Shown one piece after another: positions 9,570 to 22,685 of a stretch of 64,000 nt of DNA (the first letter of the stretch is position 1; every line of letters starts with the position of its first letter). The notes under the pieces were generated by a model. That model made no database searches. It saw nothing but the letters and a program-made list of their open reading frames with translations, and had not been told where the DNA came from. Origin of the DNA: Parasitella parasitica NRRL 2501 (taxonomy: Eukaryota > Fungi > Mucoromycota); assembly GCA_025201805.1 (NCBI GenBank), contig MU619390.1:1-64000 (forward strand). The letters are read 5' to 3'. Position numbers and translations under genes: made by a program.

Positions 9570-11432
9570 TTCTTTTTTCCAATTAGCATTACTCTGCCCA
9601 AAGCAACCCTCAATCCATGGGAAGACTTCTTGCTGCATGTTATGTCAAAAGTCTGATAAAATAAATCTGCCAAAGAATTACACTTTTATTCATAATACAT
9701 CTCTTCTCGATGTATCATATACACATTCATTACACTAGGGTTCTACTGTCTAACTGCATAATGTAAATCATGACTACCCATGATTTACTGTAAGACCCTG
9801 GAACTGATCTGAGATCCTGATGTGAGCCCTTGCCATGTTATTGATATAACACTGCAGTTCAATGGGAGAATCTACTCTATATATCTATTTATTCCAAGTA
9901 CAAATGGATTATTCCAAAAACCAGCTATACCACGAGCAAACTCAGATGGTATCTTGCCTAGGTAATGAGCCTCCAGACGACCCAAGCGATCCTTTCATCC
10001 ACCGCCTTTTTTAATGATATCAGTGGTAATACTAAGGGATTCAGCTTCCATAGCACCGGCATGACGACCAACATGTGTAACCCGTCTTATATGAATTCTA
10101 TGCTCCAAAAAGATTTTTTTTGTCGCATTGTACTGCTGGATACCACTTATACCGTCTTTTTCGTCTAAAGGTACTTTAAAATTATGCCATCATGGGCCGT
10201 CCAGGAACGCGGGCTCTTCATTTTGAGACTAGACAAATGCAAGTAAAAGTTCAATAAGCTATTTTAGGAAAGCTTTTTTTTAAAGCTACCTGAAGTTTTT
10301 TGACCATAAAAAATGCAAATACACTAGAAGGGCATCTGTAGAGAATGTAATGTCTCATAAAACACGCAAATTTTACTGCACCATCCTTCAGATTTTTTCC
10401 CTTATCCAAATAAAAAAGAAGAGCAACAGCTTGTTGTATACCTCTCTATGTTGTGTGCGCGAAATAATAGTTGAAAAACAATCCGAGAAATTTAAATTTC
10501 GTAAATCTGATCTTGAAGAAGCATGTGGCGGCGAGTAGAAATTGAAAACCTTTCCCGAAAATCAAGTTTGTCAGTTGAACACCACGAGTCAAGCAGAATT
10601 TTTAATAAATTGGCCAATTTTATATGAATCCCAAATAATACAATGGACCTATCAGCATTTGTCTGTGCTTGATCGTACATCAACTTTGCGCCATACTGTT
10701 TGATTATGTTTTTCACCTCTTTGCATATTTTTTGGAGATGGCCATGTTATTCCTCTGGTAGCTACTTGATATTCGTGCAAAGACATCAAAGCCTTCTTGT
10801 ACTGGTCTACAGACTCAATGCCAATAGGTACCTGAAGTTTTTTGCTCTTCCAGATTTATTGGTTGGGGCATCTTATGGCACTATAGTTTGAATGTTAAAA
10901 AAGGCTGCTACTTTAGCGGGCGGACCAACAGTGTTGGGATGCAAAGTATCTTTGCCAAATCTATCAAGGTCTAAACTTTGGCAGTATTCCTAATTTCATA
11001 TTTAAAATTTAATGTGTTGTTTTTGGAAAAGTACACCAATAAAACTCATTATGTCAATACATTCCAAACTGCCAAAGACATTCGATAAGCCAATTCGGTA
11101 CTTGGCAGCTTGTTTTTCAAAATGTCTTGAAGTGCAAGAACAAATTCATTAACTTGCTGGGAAGCTCCGGTATTTGTAGGAATAGTGACAGAAGGAGTAG
11201 CACTAGTAGCTGCACTTTGAGAAGCTTCCAAAGGGACCATTTCGACACGAGCCTTCTTAGGACGACCACGGCGAGCTTTTTGAACCGAAAATCCACTTTC
11301 TTCGGTGTGAACCACCTTCTCAATTGGCAAAAAGGTAGATTCAGGCACTTGTTCTGAATCCGAGCTAGATTCAGGAGTATCAAGCTTGATGAGACGCATC
11401 TTCCGTTGAATAGCTGGTAAAATTGGTTGCAT
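9570..11432 (-). pseudogene. Crypton-F / NDC10_II-like tyrosine recombinase pseudogene
   Basis: Fragments in order on the minus strand: AT-hook RRGRPKK; RERFSISTRRHMLL; DKGKNLKDGAVKFACFMRH..YRCP; VTHVGRHAGAMEAE (10040-10081); IKKGGG*KDRLGRLEAHYLGKIPSEFARGIAGFW; ELQ|QEVFPWIE. Linking the 11049-11432 ORF to this gene is inferred. Confidence 0.8.
9638..9851. mobile_element. 214-bp solo LTR with 5-bp target-site duplication
   Basis: TG...CA ends with an 11-bp terminal inverted repeat (TGTTATGTCAA / TTGATATAACA, 10/11). Flanked by CTGCA at 9633-9637 and 9852-9856. Removing it rejoins the Crypton frame ELQ-QEVFPWIE. Confidence 0.88.
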
Positions 11433-12114
11433 AGTTAAGATTGATAGATAAATAAGTAGTTAAAAGTAACTTGTAGATAGTTTACAGGCTGGCCAGAAAT
11501 TATACTTTTTTTGATTTAATAATACTGAAAAGTTAGAGCTACCACATTGATTCATTTTCCGGATTTCAGTATAATTAACTTTGTCTTTTAATTTCATAAT
11601 ACCAGTATTGTCAAGTGGATTTCAGTATTATTAAGTAGTACAATCCTTATATGGAAACTATTTTGGACATTTTCTCCATTTTAATTGGAGGAAATAAATA
11701 TTTTATTTCTAAAAATATTTTTTTTAGCTATGATAGTGTAAACAGCACCTAGTGCAACCAGAACATCCTCATCCAAAGATCCCAATGATACCAATCTTTA
11801 AATGGATTTCAATGTTTTCCAAAGAGAAAGTAAATGCCATGATAAACAACAGAACAAAATCATTTTTTTTTTCAATTAGATTTGAAACGTATTTATTTAT
11901 GTAATATCAAAAGTGAGAATGTGATAAAGCAAAGACGTTTTGTATTAATAAATTTGATATCAGTTGTGTTCCAATTATGCCATTTTCTTGTCGTGGTAGT
12001 TCATTCGCTATAGAACGGTGCAAAAGATTACATTAACATTAATGTTAGCTATAAAATAAAAATAAAAAATAAAAAAAGGGAAGGGGGAATCTAAAAGAAA
12101 ACAACAAATCCATC

Positions 12115-14093
12115 TTATTGTGAAAGCTTCACAGATTTGATAACATTTGTCTTGACACCACTCATTTCACCACCGTAACCACCTGTTTGGGTCTTAAAAA
12201 CAGCTCTTGTGGAAGACAACTTCTTCATTTGCTTAGCATACTTGCTTCTGTGCTTAACACGGGCATTTCTATTTTCCTTCTTACGATGAGGAGTCAAGCC
12301 CTTATTCTTCAAAATCTTGTATGATGCTAAACGTTTACGACCTTCCACGACCTCAATATCCCGACTTTCAATGGGTGCACGATCGGCTTCATAGTTCTCT
12401 TTTTTGACACGCTTGACAGCTTCTTTGTTGGCCACAATGTCTGCATAGTATTCGTCGTCTGAATCTACTTTACCAAAACGAACTTCATTAGCTGCAGCAG
12501 TATCATCCTCGTCCCAGTCTGCATTATCCAAGTCTGCTGATGTATCTTGAGGTTGTGCAACACCTTTGCGCTCTTGTCTGACACGATCTCTATACGGTAA
12601 ATCGGCATCACCTTGATATTTATTGGCATTTTTAGCCTGTTTCTATAGAGGTATAAATATTGTGAATTGTTTAATAGATAATGAGTTCTGCTTACCGAAT
12701 CAATCTTTGCAACATAATCCCTAATAGATTTCTTCTTGGCAATTTTATCTTCCATATCTAGCTCATCCAGGGTATCCAACTCCCCAAAGTCATCATTGCC
12801 AGTTGCTCTCTTACGTTTCTTTGCCAGTTTCTTTAGACTCTTAAATTCTTGCTCAATATCTTGAATTTCGTTTATTATGTCTTGCTGATCCTCAGAGTCC
12901 AGATGATCTGAGAGCGATGCAGTTTCAGAAATAATCGCAGGTGATATCGTTTCCTTCTTTGCTTTCTTGGTTTGTTTTGGATGTCTGACGCAAATTTTTT
13001 CTGTCGTCTCTAGATCAAGCGCAATTTGTTTGATGTCTAACCCAATTTTTTCCTCTAAAAGCTCCAATTTTTCCCAAGTTTGACGCATCTTGAATAATGC
13101 TTGAATGACAGGATGATCACGAATATTATTTGCTTCTGAAGCTTTAAGTGCAAAATAGAATGAAATATTGGTCATGTAATTCATGAGTGTTTGGAATTTG
13201 AATAACAAAAACCGTGCAGCGCCGTCATTTTCTCCCTTCTTCAATTGAATCTTTTCCACAATCGGTTGTAATGAATTGACAATACCAACTTTATCTTTGA
13301 ATTCATCCAATAGATCAATTAATTCTGGGGATTCGTTCTGAATGATGCTGATTTTCTCTGCGATAGGAAGGTTTTTACGTCGTTTTTCAACCTTTATAAT
13401 ATCAAACGAAATATCATCTAATTCTTTACTGACATCCTCTACCAACTTTTTATCAGCAGCAGTATCTTCATCATTCCCGAGGCCCCAACCAGCTAAAGCA
13501 TCCTCCACGAAATCAGCTTCATCCATATTAGCGAGTTGCTCTTTCTGAATTCTCAATGCTTCCTCTTCTTCTTCACGCATCTGGTCAATATCGTCACCTT
13601 CATCTGCATCATAATATGCCTTTTTAGAGGTACCCCAGGTTTTATCTATTGACACAAGTTAAACTCCATGCTTTGAAGATGCTTGTCATTTGTTACCATC
13701 AAGTTCTTCATCATCTTGCTTCCCCACAATGTCATCATCAGAAATTTCATCCTCGGAATCACGGCCGTCTAACCCATATATTTCTCGATCGCTTATGTCT
13801 AGAAAGCTACATTAGCTGTAATACAATTGGAAAATGCATAGTTCACTAACCTTCTTCACTTTCTTGTCCATTGTTTAAGAGTATTCTGTCTCTATCGTCA
13901 TGAACTATAGGCAGTAATTAGTCTTGGAGTAATTTTTTTTTTTTAACATTTCTGGAACTATAAACATACACTCATCTTCAGAATCATGTTCGATATCGCC
14001 CCAAGTTTTGATCGTATTGACTTTTCCATCTTTTGAAGAGTTAATCTCACTATCAGCTCCATTGCGAAAGACTGGCGTCCTTTTCTTTCCCAT
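12115..14093 (-). CDS. SAS10: SSU processome subunit Sas10/Utp3 (multi-exon)
   Basis: WGTSKKAYY, ESPELIDLLDEF, YMTNISFYFALKA..HPVI, C-terminal KILKNKGLTPHRKKENRNARVKHR...GYGGEMSGVKTNVIKSVKL; GT-AG introns. Confidence 0.95.
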
Positions 14094-14259
14094 GTTATCT
14101 AACGAATTACTGAGGAAAGTAACAAATTTTTTATCTCGCTTGATCATTCGTATTATTTGAGAATGATCTAGTGGCTTGCGACAAATGAAATAAGGTCACC
14201 CCAAGTGGTACTTGTAACCCGACAACGAGCATAACTTGGGCTATTATTCTTCATACAAA

Positions 14260-15380
14260 ATGGATGAATTAGAACACGACGACATCATAAAAAAAAAGTA
14301 TCTGGCTCGTGGTTCAGGAGATGCTGCTACAAAGGCTTACATCGCATCGAAATATCTTAGTAAAGGTTCAGATACTGATGAGAAGAAGAGAAAGAAAAAA
14401 AAGAAGGCATACATTAAGAATAACATTGGGATTATTGACGAAGAAAATCTAAGCTGGGAAGCAGCAGCCGATTCACAAATTGAAGAACGCAATAGAAGGC
14501 AAGAGCAAAAGAAACTGGAGCAAGAGGCTATACAAAACGCAGGAGGTGTTTTTCGGGGCACAACTGCTAACTGGGAGACTATTCAAGGAGGAAATCACGA
14601 AGTAGAAGAAGACGAACAGCCTCAAGTGGTGCAGGATGATAATCAACCTCGTATGTCTAACGGACAGAGAGCAGGTGTGTTGACAAAAGCTCAAATCAAA
14701 TCAGAAGCCGAAAAAGCTCGAAATTTAGAAATCAAAGCAATGGAGCGACTATCAAAGCAAAGAACACAGGATGCAGAAACAGTATACCGCGATGCATCAG
14801 GTAAAAAAGTAGACCCAAAATTCAAAAGGGCTGAGGAGGCAAGACGTCGTAAAGAACAAATTGAGAAAGAAGCAAGAAAAATGGAGTGGGGAAAGGGGTT
14901 GGTTCAACGTAGAGAAGCAGAAGATGAAAGAAGACGACTCGAAGAAGAAAAGCATAAGCCAATGGCTAGGTAAGGAGATACTTTACAAGCATTCATTCGA
15001 AAAGGGATCAGGGCTATGTAACTTACTTTCTTTCACAAAGGTATGCTGATGATAAGGATTTAAACGAGGAATTAAAGGATAAAGAGAGATGGAATGATCC
15101 AGCTGCGGGGTTCTTGACAGTAAGTCGACTAGTTTTCTACATGTCAGGAGATAAATAACACCATGTAAAATAGAAAAAGACCACTACAACAAAAGGGAAA
15201 AGATTAATAAAACCAACTTATAAAGGCGCTTGGAAACCAAACCGCTTTATGATCCCACCTGGTCATAGATGGGATGGTGTAGATAGATCAACAGGATTCG
15301 AAGATACATTTTTATTGCAACAAAATCAAGCAAAATCATTCGCAGCTCAAGCTCATGCTTGGTCAACTGAAGATATGTAA
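14260..15380 (+). CDS. BUD13: Pre-mRNA splicing / RES complex factor Bud13 (Cwc26), 3 exons
   Basis: ETVYRDASGK, WGKGLVQ, PMARYADD..LNEELK..RWNDPAAGFL, PNRFMIPPGHRWDGVDRSTGFE, AWSTEDM*. Confidence 0.95.
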
Positions 15381-15797
15381 TCTCCTCTCTCACACTCCTC
15401 TCTGTTCTATAAATACATTTATAAAATAAAAAGCTCTTATATAACATTTATATATACATAGAAACCATATCTGTAATCTCATCCCCCACCTCCTCACATT
15501 ATACTTGCTTTTTGTTTGTAAAAACTCCTATTTCAAACTATGAAGTTCTAGGAGTTTTTCAAAAGGGGGTGTAGAAAGGGGGACATCAAGTGGTAAGAAG
15601 AAGAATTTCAATGGACTGAAGGGAGAACATGAGTTCGGATCAATATCACTCATTGTAATCCCAATAAATATGCAAGTGTGTATTTATAAATTGTCAATAG
15701 GCTACAACTAAATGTAAAAAAGATCTGCATTACATCAAGACAACAACAGCAAGCACCTCTTTTATTTTCTCTGTTAATGGTTAGCAGATTTGACACA

Positions 15798-15805
15798 TAT
15801 ATAAA
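15798..15805 (+). promoter_or_regulatory. Candidate TATA box
   Basis: TATATAAA about 70 nt upstream of the homeobox ATG at 15876. Confidence 0.4.
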
Positions 15806-15875
15806 GGATCAATTAATTTCATGTCAATTCCCTCTTTTTTAATATTAATCTTAAATAAATAAAACTGACTTGGTA

Positions 15876-16511
15876 ATGCATTCGATCAATCCCACTTCTA
15901 CTTTTTCTACATCTACTACTGCTACCACTCTGCCTCCAATTTCTGATATATTTAATCATAACCACAATATGCCCCGCTCTTCAGTACTTGATATTGCAAA
16001 TTTATTATCGTCTCCTGTTATTACCGAAGCTAGTTACCATCACCATCACCATCACCATCATCATCAGCAACATCAGCAACATCATCAACATCATCAACAT
16101 CATTCTCACAGCAACCATCGAAGCAACCCACAGGATTTGAAAGCCAAAAGAAAAAGAGCTTCTCCAAATCAACTGATGGTTCTCAACCGCATCTTTAATC
16201 AAACCTATTTCCCATCTACTGAAATCCGTATTGAGCTTGGGAAGCAATTGGGCATGAGTCCTCGTACAGTTCAGATTTGGTTTCAAAACAAGCGTCAAGC
16301 TCTTCGTAGCCGTGGCAGGAATGACTCACCACCATCCTCATTTTATCTTCCTCCAATTTCTCCACCAAGATCACCCCGCTCTGATCTTTGCCAACCAAGT
16401 TATTCTCTACCTCCACTGAGACTTGTGCCTTCACATCAACAGCAGTATTCACCTAGCATGTCATATCCTAGCCCCAATTCTATTGATCATCTTCCTTTTC
16501 GTGATTGTTAA
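15876..16511 (+). CDS. Homeodomain transcription factor (Yox1/Yhp1-like), intronless, with a His/Gln tract
   Basis: KRKRASPNQLMVLNRIF...PSTEIRIELGKQLGMSPRTVQIWFQNKRQ. Confidence 0.92.
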   Translation: MHSINPTSTFSTSTTATTLPPISDIFNHNHNMPRSSVLDIANLLSSPVITEASYHHHHHHHHHQQHQQHHQHHQHHSHSNHRSNPQDLKAKRKRASPNQLMVLNRIFNQTYFPSTEIRIELGKQLGMSPRTVQIWFQNKRQALRSRGRNDSPPSSFYLPPISPPRSPRSDLCQPSYSLPPLRLVPSHQQQYSPSMSYPSPNSIDHLPFRDC

Positions 16512-19500
16512 TCCAACTCTATCTATTGCTAACTCTACCAAATCATAATTCATTGCATGCCCATATCTCTCCCTTTCATTTTATCTCTCTATCCTTGTCT
16601 CTCAACTGTGTGTAATTTTCTCAACGTATGCCATGGCTCCTCTCACATTGCTATTCAATCCTTATGCTATCCTATAATTCTTACATAATTCGTATTTCTG
16701 TATATGCCTTTTTCCAAAACCAATTAAATTAATTATTCGCCTTGTCTGATTGTTTTTTATCTGTGCACAACATTATTATTCTCATTCTTAAATCACTATT
16801 TTTTTATTCTACTTGTTCATAATAAAAATTAATTACCCCCATGAATTTTTACATTCACTCTTTAANNNNNNNNNNAAAAAAAAAAAAAAGCTATTTACTT
16901 GATTTGAATCATGTATTCATATTTCTCGGATAACCCAAATTTTCGGTTTTATGATTAAAGGATATGCACGGTATGTACTTCCAGATCCTATGCTACAATG
17001 TACAGTATGCTGTTTTTAATAACCCCTTGGAGTGTGAAAATATCTTGAAAGCCTGCTGGAGCTTTTCATTCATAAATTGGAGTTGAATCCTTTCCCTGAC
17101 AATGAGAATTTGCTCTTCTTGGGATAGATATTTATGCTACTCCTGTGCTCTCCTTTCTTCTTGTTCCGCAACATTGTGCCGCGAGGTACATATTGAAAAG
17201 CTTTGCAAATAGAATACAAATGCTCAAAGCACTGTTTTGATGCAACAAATATTGATTTTCCCCAATCTCGTTCCATGTAACAGAATGTCGTATACTTTAT
17301 ATGTAATAGATTTGGCGATGTATTCAAGTTTCAGATTCATTGGAGTCCCTCTCTTATTTTTATAAAAGAATACTTCGAACATTATGGATAAGGGGCCCAT
17401 AAAAAACTGATTGACTTGACTTGATTGATGCAATATTTAAAAACATAAAGCTCCTGATAATATACTTATTAGCCCCTAGCGAATGAGTTAATAATTTAAT
17501 TCAGAGTGCGATAAATGTACATATGTATACTCAAAAGCAACGATACCTCTGTCCAGAAGTGCGTTATGCTGGATGCTGGGTATATGCAGAAATTCTGTGT
17601 TAATTGCAAGATCAAGCATTCTGAGGACATAATGTATATTTAGAAAAAGGAAGCCCAAGACATGTATTCATTATGTGTAACTGTTTATACCGCCCATTTG
17701 CGTTTTATGATGTATCCACAACAAATTAGCAACCAGAAACCTTGCTTGTTTTCAATTGTCATCAAACATTTAAACTTTTAATTTTTTGCCACTGGACAGA
17801 AGCCACTGAATTCTTACTGTCAAGATTCATTTTAATCATGTGAATAAAGATACTTGGATTTCAATAGCTGACTTACTACATAGCAGCTGTCCTTGTACAT
17901 ATCTATTGCTGGTCGACTTTTACTTTCATGTCCAAGAAGGCTGATTACATGATATAAATGCAAATGTGTGAGCAGCCTCTTTTCCAACCCTTTCTGTCTC
18001 CTCAGTTTTGGTTTACAAAGCATGAAACTTATGCTTAAAATGGTCTTAGTTGTGAAAGCGTTGAAGCTATTGGTGCTCATGTTGATAATCTTGTACCTAA
18101 TCTCCTTTCTTGATCCTTATCATTTACACTTCCCTTCTAATCAATCGCACGTAAAATATAATTTTTTTCTTTATATTTACTATGTATACAGTATGACCAT
18201 CCTCTTACATCGATTCAAAAAGCATAAGGTTTCATGCAAATTCGAGAATGCATATGTGTGGAGATAATATGCACAGCGTATTTTCTCAGGAGAATTTTCA
18301 GGACAATAGTGATTTTTCATATTGACTGATTCTGTTACACTACAAGGTTGTACATATGGAACTGCATGTTCTGGATAACATCTGGGACCAAGAATGGATG
18401 CTGTTAATTTATACACTATTGCGAACGAATCGAATATGAATGAAAAGAAAAACTTCAAGTTTTTGCAGTCTGGTTAGTTTTTTTCAACATGCGGCCCATC
18501 TTTATTTTCATCATAGCTTTACTGCTATGACCAGTGATCCTAATGAAGGAGGAATGTTAAAGGGGTAAATGAAATAAAAAATGGAAGATCAACTTTATGT
18601 ACACTGTATAAAAAAAAAACTTGTTTCCAACATTTTACTCCTGTATATGAATGTTTGCTTCCTTTTTTGACATATATAACATCAATTGCTTTTGTAGATA
18701 TTTCATTGTTGCAGAGGACTTTTTGGTAATGGGGCATTGAGGAGAGGTATACTTGAGCGGAAAACTTTTGATAGTACAGTTGAAATTCCAATTAGTTCTC
18801 CAGCTCAGGATTTGCAATTCTTGGCAATCGAATTTGACAGTGAACATTTATAGATCTGATGCACGTATGTCACGAAGTGGAAAGCCAGAACTAAAATCGA
18901 AGGCTTCATGATGGCCAAAACAAATATGACAAATGTAGAATGCCATTCGAGCTTTGTTTTAACAGTACTACAAGAAATCAATGCTGCTCTTACAAAAGAG
19001 AACAAATCTCCTTTCAAGTGACAAATAATTGTACAAAGGGTTTTAGCTCACTGATCACTTGAATCAAATCTTTTCTTGTGCATAAGAATCCAATTTGACC
19101 TTTCCTCTCTCATTAGTTTTCCTGAAATCCTCTTAGACCTTCATAACATTTTGTAGCCGAATTATTCTGCTGGATTTGATCGAAAATTATTGTTAGCGAG
19201 TGGATCCAATTTGTCACAGAAGTCAATTTGAGCATGCTGTATTAGATTAGCCATTCAATCTCGCTATGCTTGCTGAACGGCGTCCTTTTGCAGGTTCATT
19301 ACCATATTTCAGGAATTGTTTTAGATCTGCATCTCACTATGGCAAAAAAATCTTGGTAGCTTAGGAAATAAATTTTGGCGCTTCGAGTTCTAAGGTGATT
19401 ATTAGGTTAGCGCGCTGTCTATGAGCATTATCACGCAGGTTTTGAATCTTCGCTTCACTTCTTAAAATAAGATGTTTGGGTTAATCCGTAACTTCTGATT

Positions 19501-19902
19501 AATATAGCATCAAAGCAATATATATATATGCTTACTTTCAGTCAGAGGCAACTCTCGGTTAAATATTTATTAAAATCATACTATAGTCTACTTTATAGAG
19601 CATGTTTTATATTTGCTACATTTACCAATATTGATAATCCTTTATTATTTTCTGCTTCGCAAGTCAGGGGTAAAGTATCCTATTAGACCCTCCTTCCCTC
19701 AACATCCTTATTCACCTTTTTTAATGCTCAATACTGCTCTGTACTAATACCGTAATGATCACAATATCATCTGTTTGTGACCCTCCCAAAATCCTCTCCC
19801 GAGCTGGGAGGAAATACCCCAGGATCCTTCCGAGCCATGATCAAGTAATCCGTCTCTAGACATTTTATTTATGTTTTGAATTTGTTGCCAATAGAAGTGT
19901 TT

Positions 19903-22280
19903 CTAGTAGGCAGCAGCTAACCCTTTCTTTCTCGGATCACTTGCAGCATGGAGTGTACCGTTACTAAAACGTCTAATAGCCTGGGAAGCCGACACAGTAC
20001 CTGTTTCTCTCAAATTTCGAAGCTATTTACAAAGCAGTACAGATTAGCCTAGCTCAATCAATTTCTTTTTAAACTTACCAAATGTCCTTTTTGGCGGAGT
20101 GATTGTTGAATTTCATTACTGTATCCGGTTTCAAATTGCACTTCATTAGGGATTAACTGATGATGAATACGAGGCGATTTAACGGCCTCAAACACATTTT
20201 GGTGAAAATCATAAGTATTTAAAATGACATTAAGGGTAGCGGTTAAAATTTGGGATCCACCTGATCCACCAACAACCAGCTCTAAATTACTGCTTTCGTC
20301 TTCAATAATAGTAGGTGTAATTGTGGACAAAGGTCTCTTGAAAGGCTCTGTGCAATGTTAACTACGTTAGAAAAAAAAAAAAGGGCCGTTTTTTACTACT
20401 CTTAAACAAACCTATATAGTTGAATGGACTAGGATATAAGCCAAAATTGTTGGGAACACCAGGAATGCTAAAATCATCCAATTCGTCATTCAGAATAACG
20501 CCTGAAGCTGGGTCCATAAATTTGGCACCAAACATGAGATTGACCGTGGAGGTTAGCGATACAGCATTATTATCCTTATCAATGACTGAAAGATGCATTG
20601 TTCCATGCGGATCATTGTTTTCATATTTGGGTTCGTAATACAAATATTCGTGAGTCCTGTCCTGTTTATGAGAGAAATCAGTGCTGGGCGCATGAAGATA
20701 CCGTTAAACCTTACATCTGTAATGTTTTTTCTGATTTTTTCTGCCCATTCTTTACTGATGATCTCTTCAATACGTTTTTCATTATGAATGTATTCGGGGT
20801 CACCAATCTCTGTGCGAAAAGCAAATCCGTATTTCATGGCCTCAATAAAACGATGAATGTTCAACGGCGTAGGGCCTGTTACGTTGAAAAGATAAGGCTC
20901 GATGATATTCAGTACGCTCAGAAGAGCAGGGCCACTTGTAGGTGAAGATGTAGTCACCACTTTACGGCCATGATACCAAGTACTGATGGTAGGTCTTATC
21001 AAAGCTCTATAATTTCTCATGTCTTCCAACGTCAAAATCCCTCCTGCGGCTTGTGTAGCGTTGACAATCGTTTCAGCAATCACTCCCTACGTTATTATAT
21101 TGCAAAGTTACACCACCCGATATTTGCAATGATCTGTAAGAAACAAACCTCATAAAATACGTCAGGCCCTTCTTTTGCAATCTTTCGTAAAGTAGCACCA
21201 AGGGTGGGTCGTTTGATATTGTCACCAGGGTTTGCAATCTTACCAGACGGAGCATATACTTTGGAAAATTCAGGCGATGCTTCGAGCCATGTTTTAGACT
21301 TCTACAAAATGATCACTCATGAGACGTCTATTGTGTTTGCTGTGCAACAAAACTTACCACTAGTTTACTATGCAACAAATCTGTTACTTTGAAGCCATCT
21401 TCGGCAACTTTGATAGCTGATACGAAAAGGTCCTCCCAAGGTATTTTGCCATGTCTTTGGTGAGCCAACTCGAAGCCTCTAATCTCACCACTGTATAGTG
21501 CATTAGACCTCAGATCCCATCCATCCTACACACAAACTTACGGTACACCCACGGATAATCCACCAACTTGAGCAGCCATTGGATTGTCGACAAACATATC
21601 TCTAAATGAAGCAGCAGGCGCGGTCTCTCTAAAATCAATATGTTCATAATCAGTGCCATTTCGAATCAGCATAAATCCACCACTATTGCATAGATTTGTT
21701 AGCTTCTCTTTTGCATCAAATGCCTGAGCAACTTACCCGCCAATGCCTAAAAATTTACCAAATCGAAAAAATTAACAACCAATGGAAATTGCGCCATTTT
21801 TGAAGCTTATTTCATTCGATCTGAGACCTACCAGTGGCAAAACTATTTACGACACCAATACAAAGAGCAGACGCAATTGCTGCGTCGACGGCACTACCGC
21901 CCTTTTTCAAAACTGATAATATTATAAGACCCAGGACGTTGCGAAAACTAAACCAAACTTACTGTTAATGCCAGCATGAGAGCATTCCTCCAACTCTACT
22001 GCAACAGCCCCTTGATGGCCAACCACAAGGTGTGGCATTGAGTCCTCTTTTTTTTTTAAAAAAAAAAAAAAAGAAAAAAAAAAGCATTAGCATTCTTGTA
22101 TTATTCTACAAAATACTTGGTACCTGAGGCCTTTTGATGTAGAAGAGACACGATTATGGTCAGAGAGGAGATGACAAGTAAGGCTGCGACTGCAATTAAA
22201 AGCTGACGGCCTCTATTGTCCCTTTTTCCTGCATTTCTCACCAATAATGCCTGCCTTTCTTGGTCTATATTTTTAGCCAT
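19903..22280 (-). CDS. Gamma-glutamyltranspeptidase (type II membrane, multi-exon)
   Basis: N-terminal TM; GGSAVDAAIASALCIGV, SFATGIGGGGFML, IDFRETAPAA, nucleophile site HGTMHLSVID...SLTSTVN, ILNDELDDFS, KRPLSTITP, GGSGGSQI, AASDPRKKGLAAAY*. Confidence 0.93.
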
Positions 22281-22685
22281 CCGTTTTTTTTTTTTTTTTA
22301 ATTTTGAGAAAGGAAAAATGGAAATGTTTGCATTGTTGTTTATTTATACCATGTGTGAGAAAGGTCACACAAGTCCTATTAAAGCAACTTTGATAACAAG
22401 GACCTCACCGCCACTGGCTAGCAACAAACCAACTTTTAGCAAACAAGTGTTGCTGTGCTAATTGAATGAAATAGCTTATCTAATAATAAAAATAATAATA
22501 ATAAAGCAATCGCATCTACGCCAAATAAAAGTCTATTTTTTTATGCTTTTATTGATATTTCATATGCTGATTTATTTGTGCCTTATCTCGCAAAGAAAAA
22601 AAAAAGATCGGATACAAAACAGTCTGTGATTTCATTAAATGATGTATGTTTTTTTGTTGTGTTGTTGTATCAATATCTGAATTCC

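Noticed and set aside
15876-16511. Mating-type locus interpretation of the homeobox genes
   Set aside because: Mucorales sex loci encode HMG proteins flanked by tptA/rnhA; none of these is present.
17230-17300. Second Fanzor RuvC-III-like motif (MERDWG)
   Set aside because: No AAxN and no upstream E..TS..CxxC.
19770-19850. RNase P/MRP RNA, from a GGAAGG-like segment on the minus strand
   Set aside because: No matching 3' conserved region to form helix P4; kept only as a low-interest hairpin.
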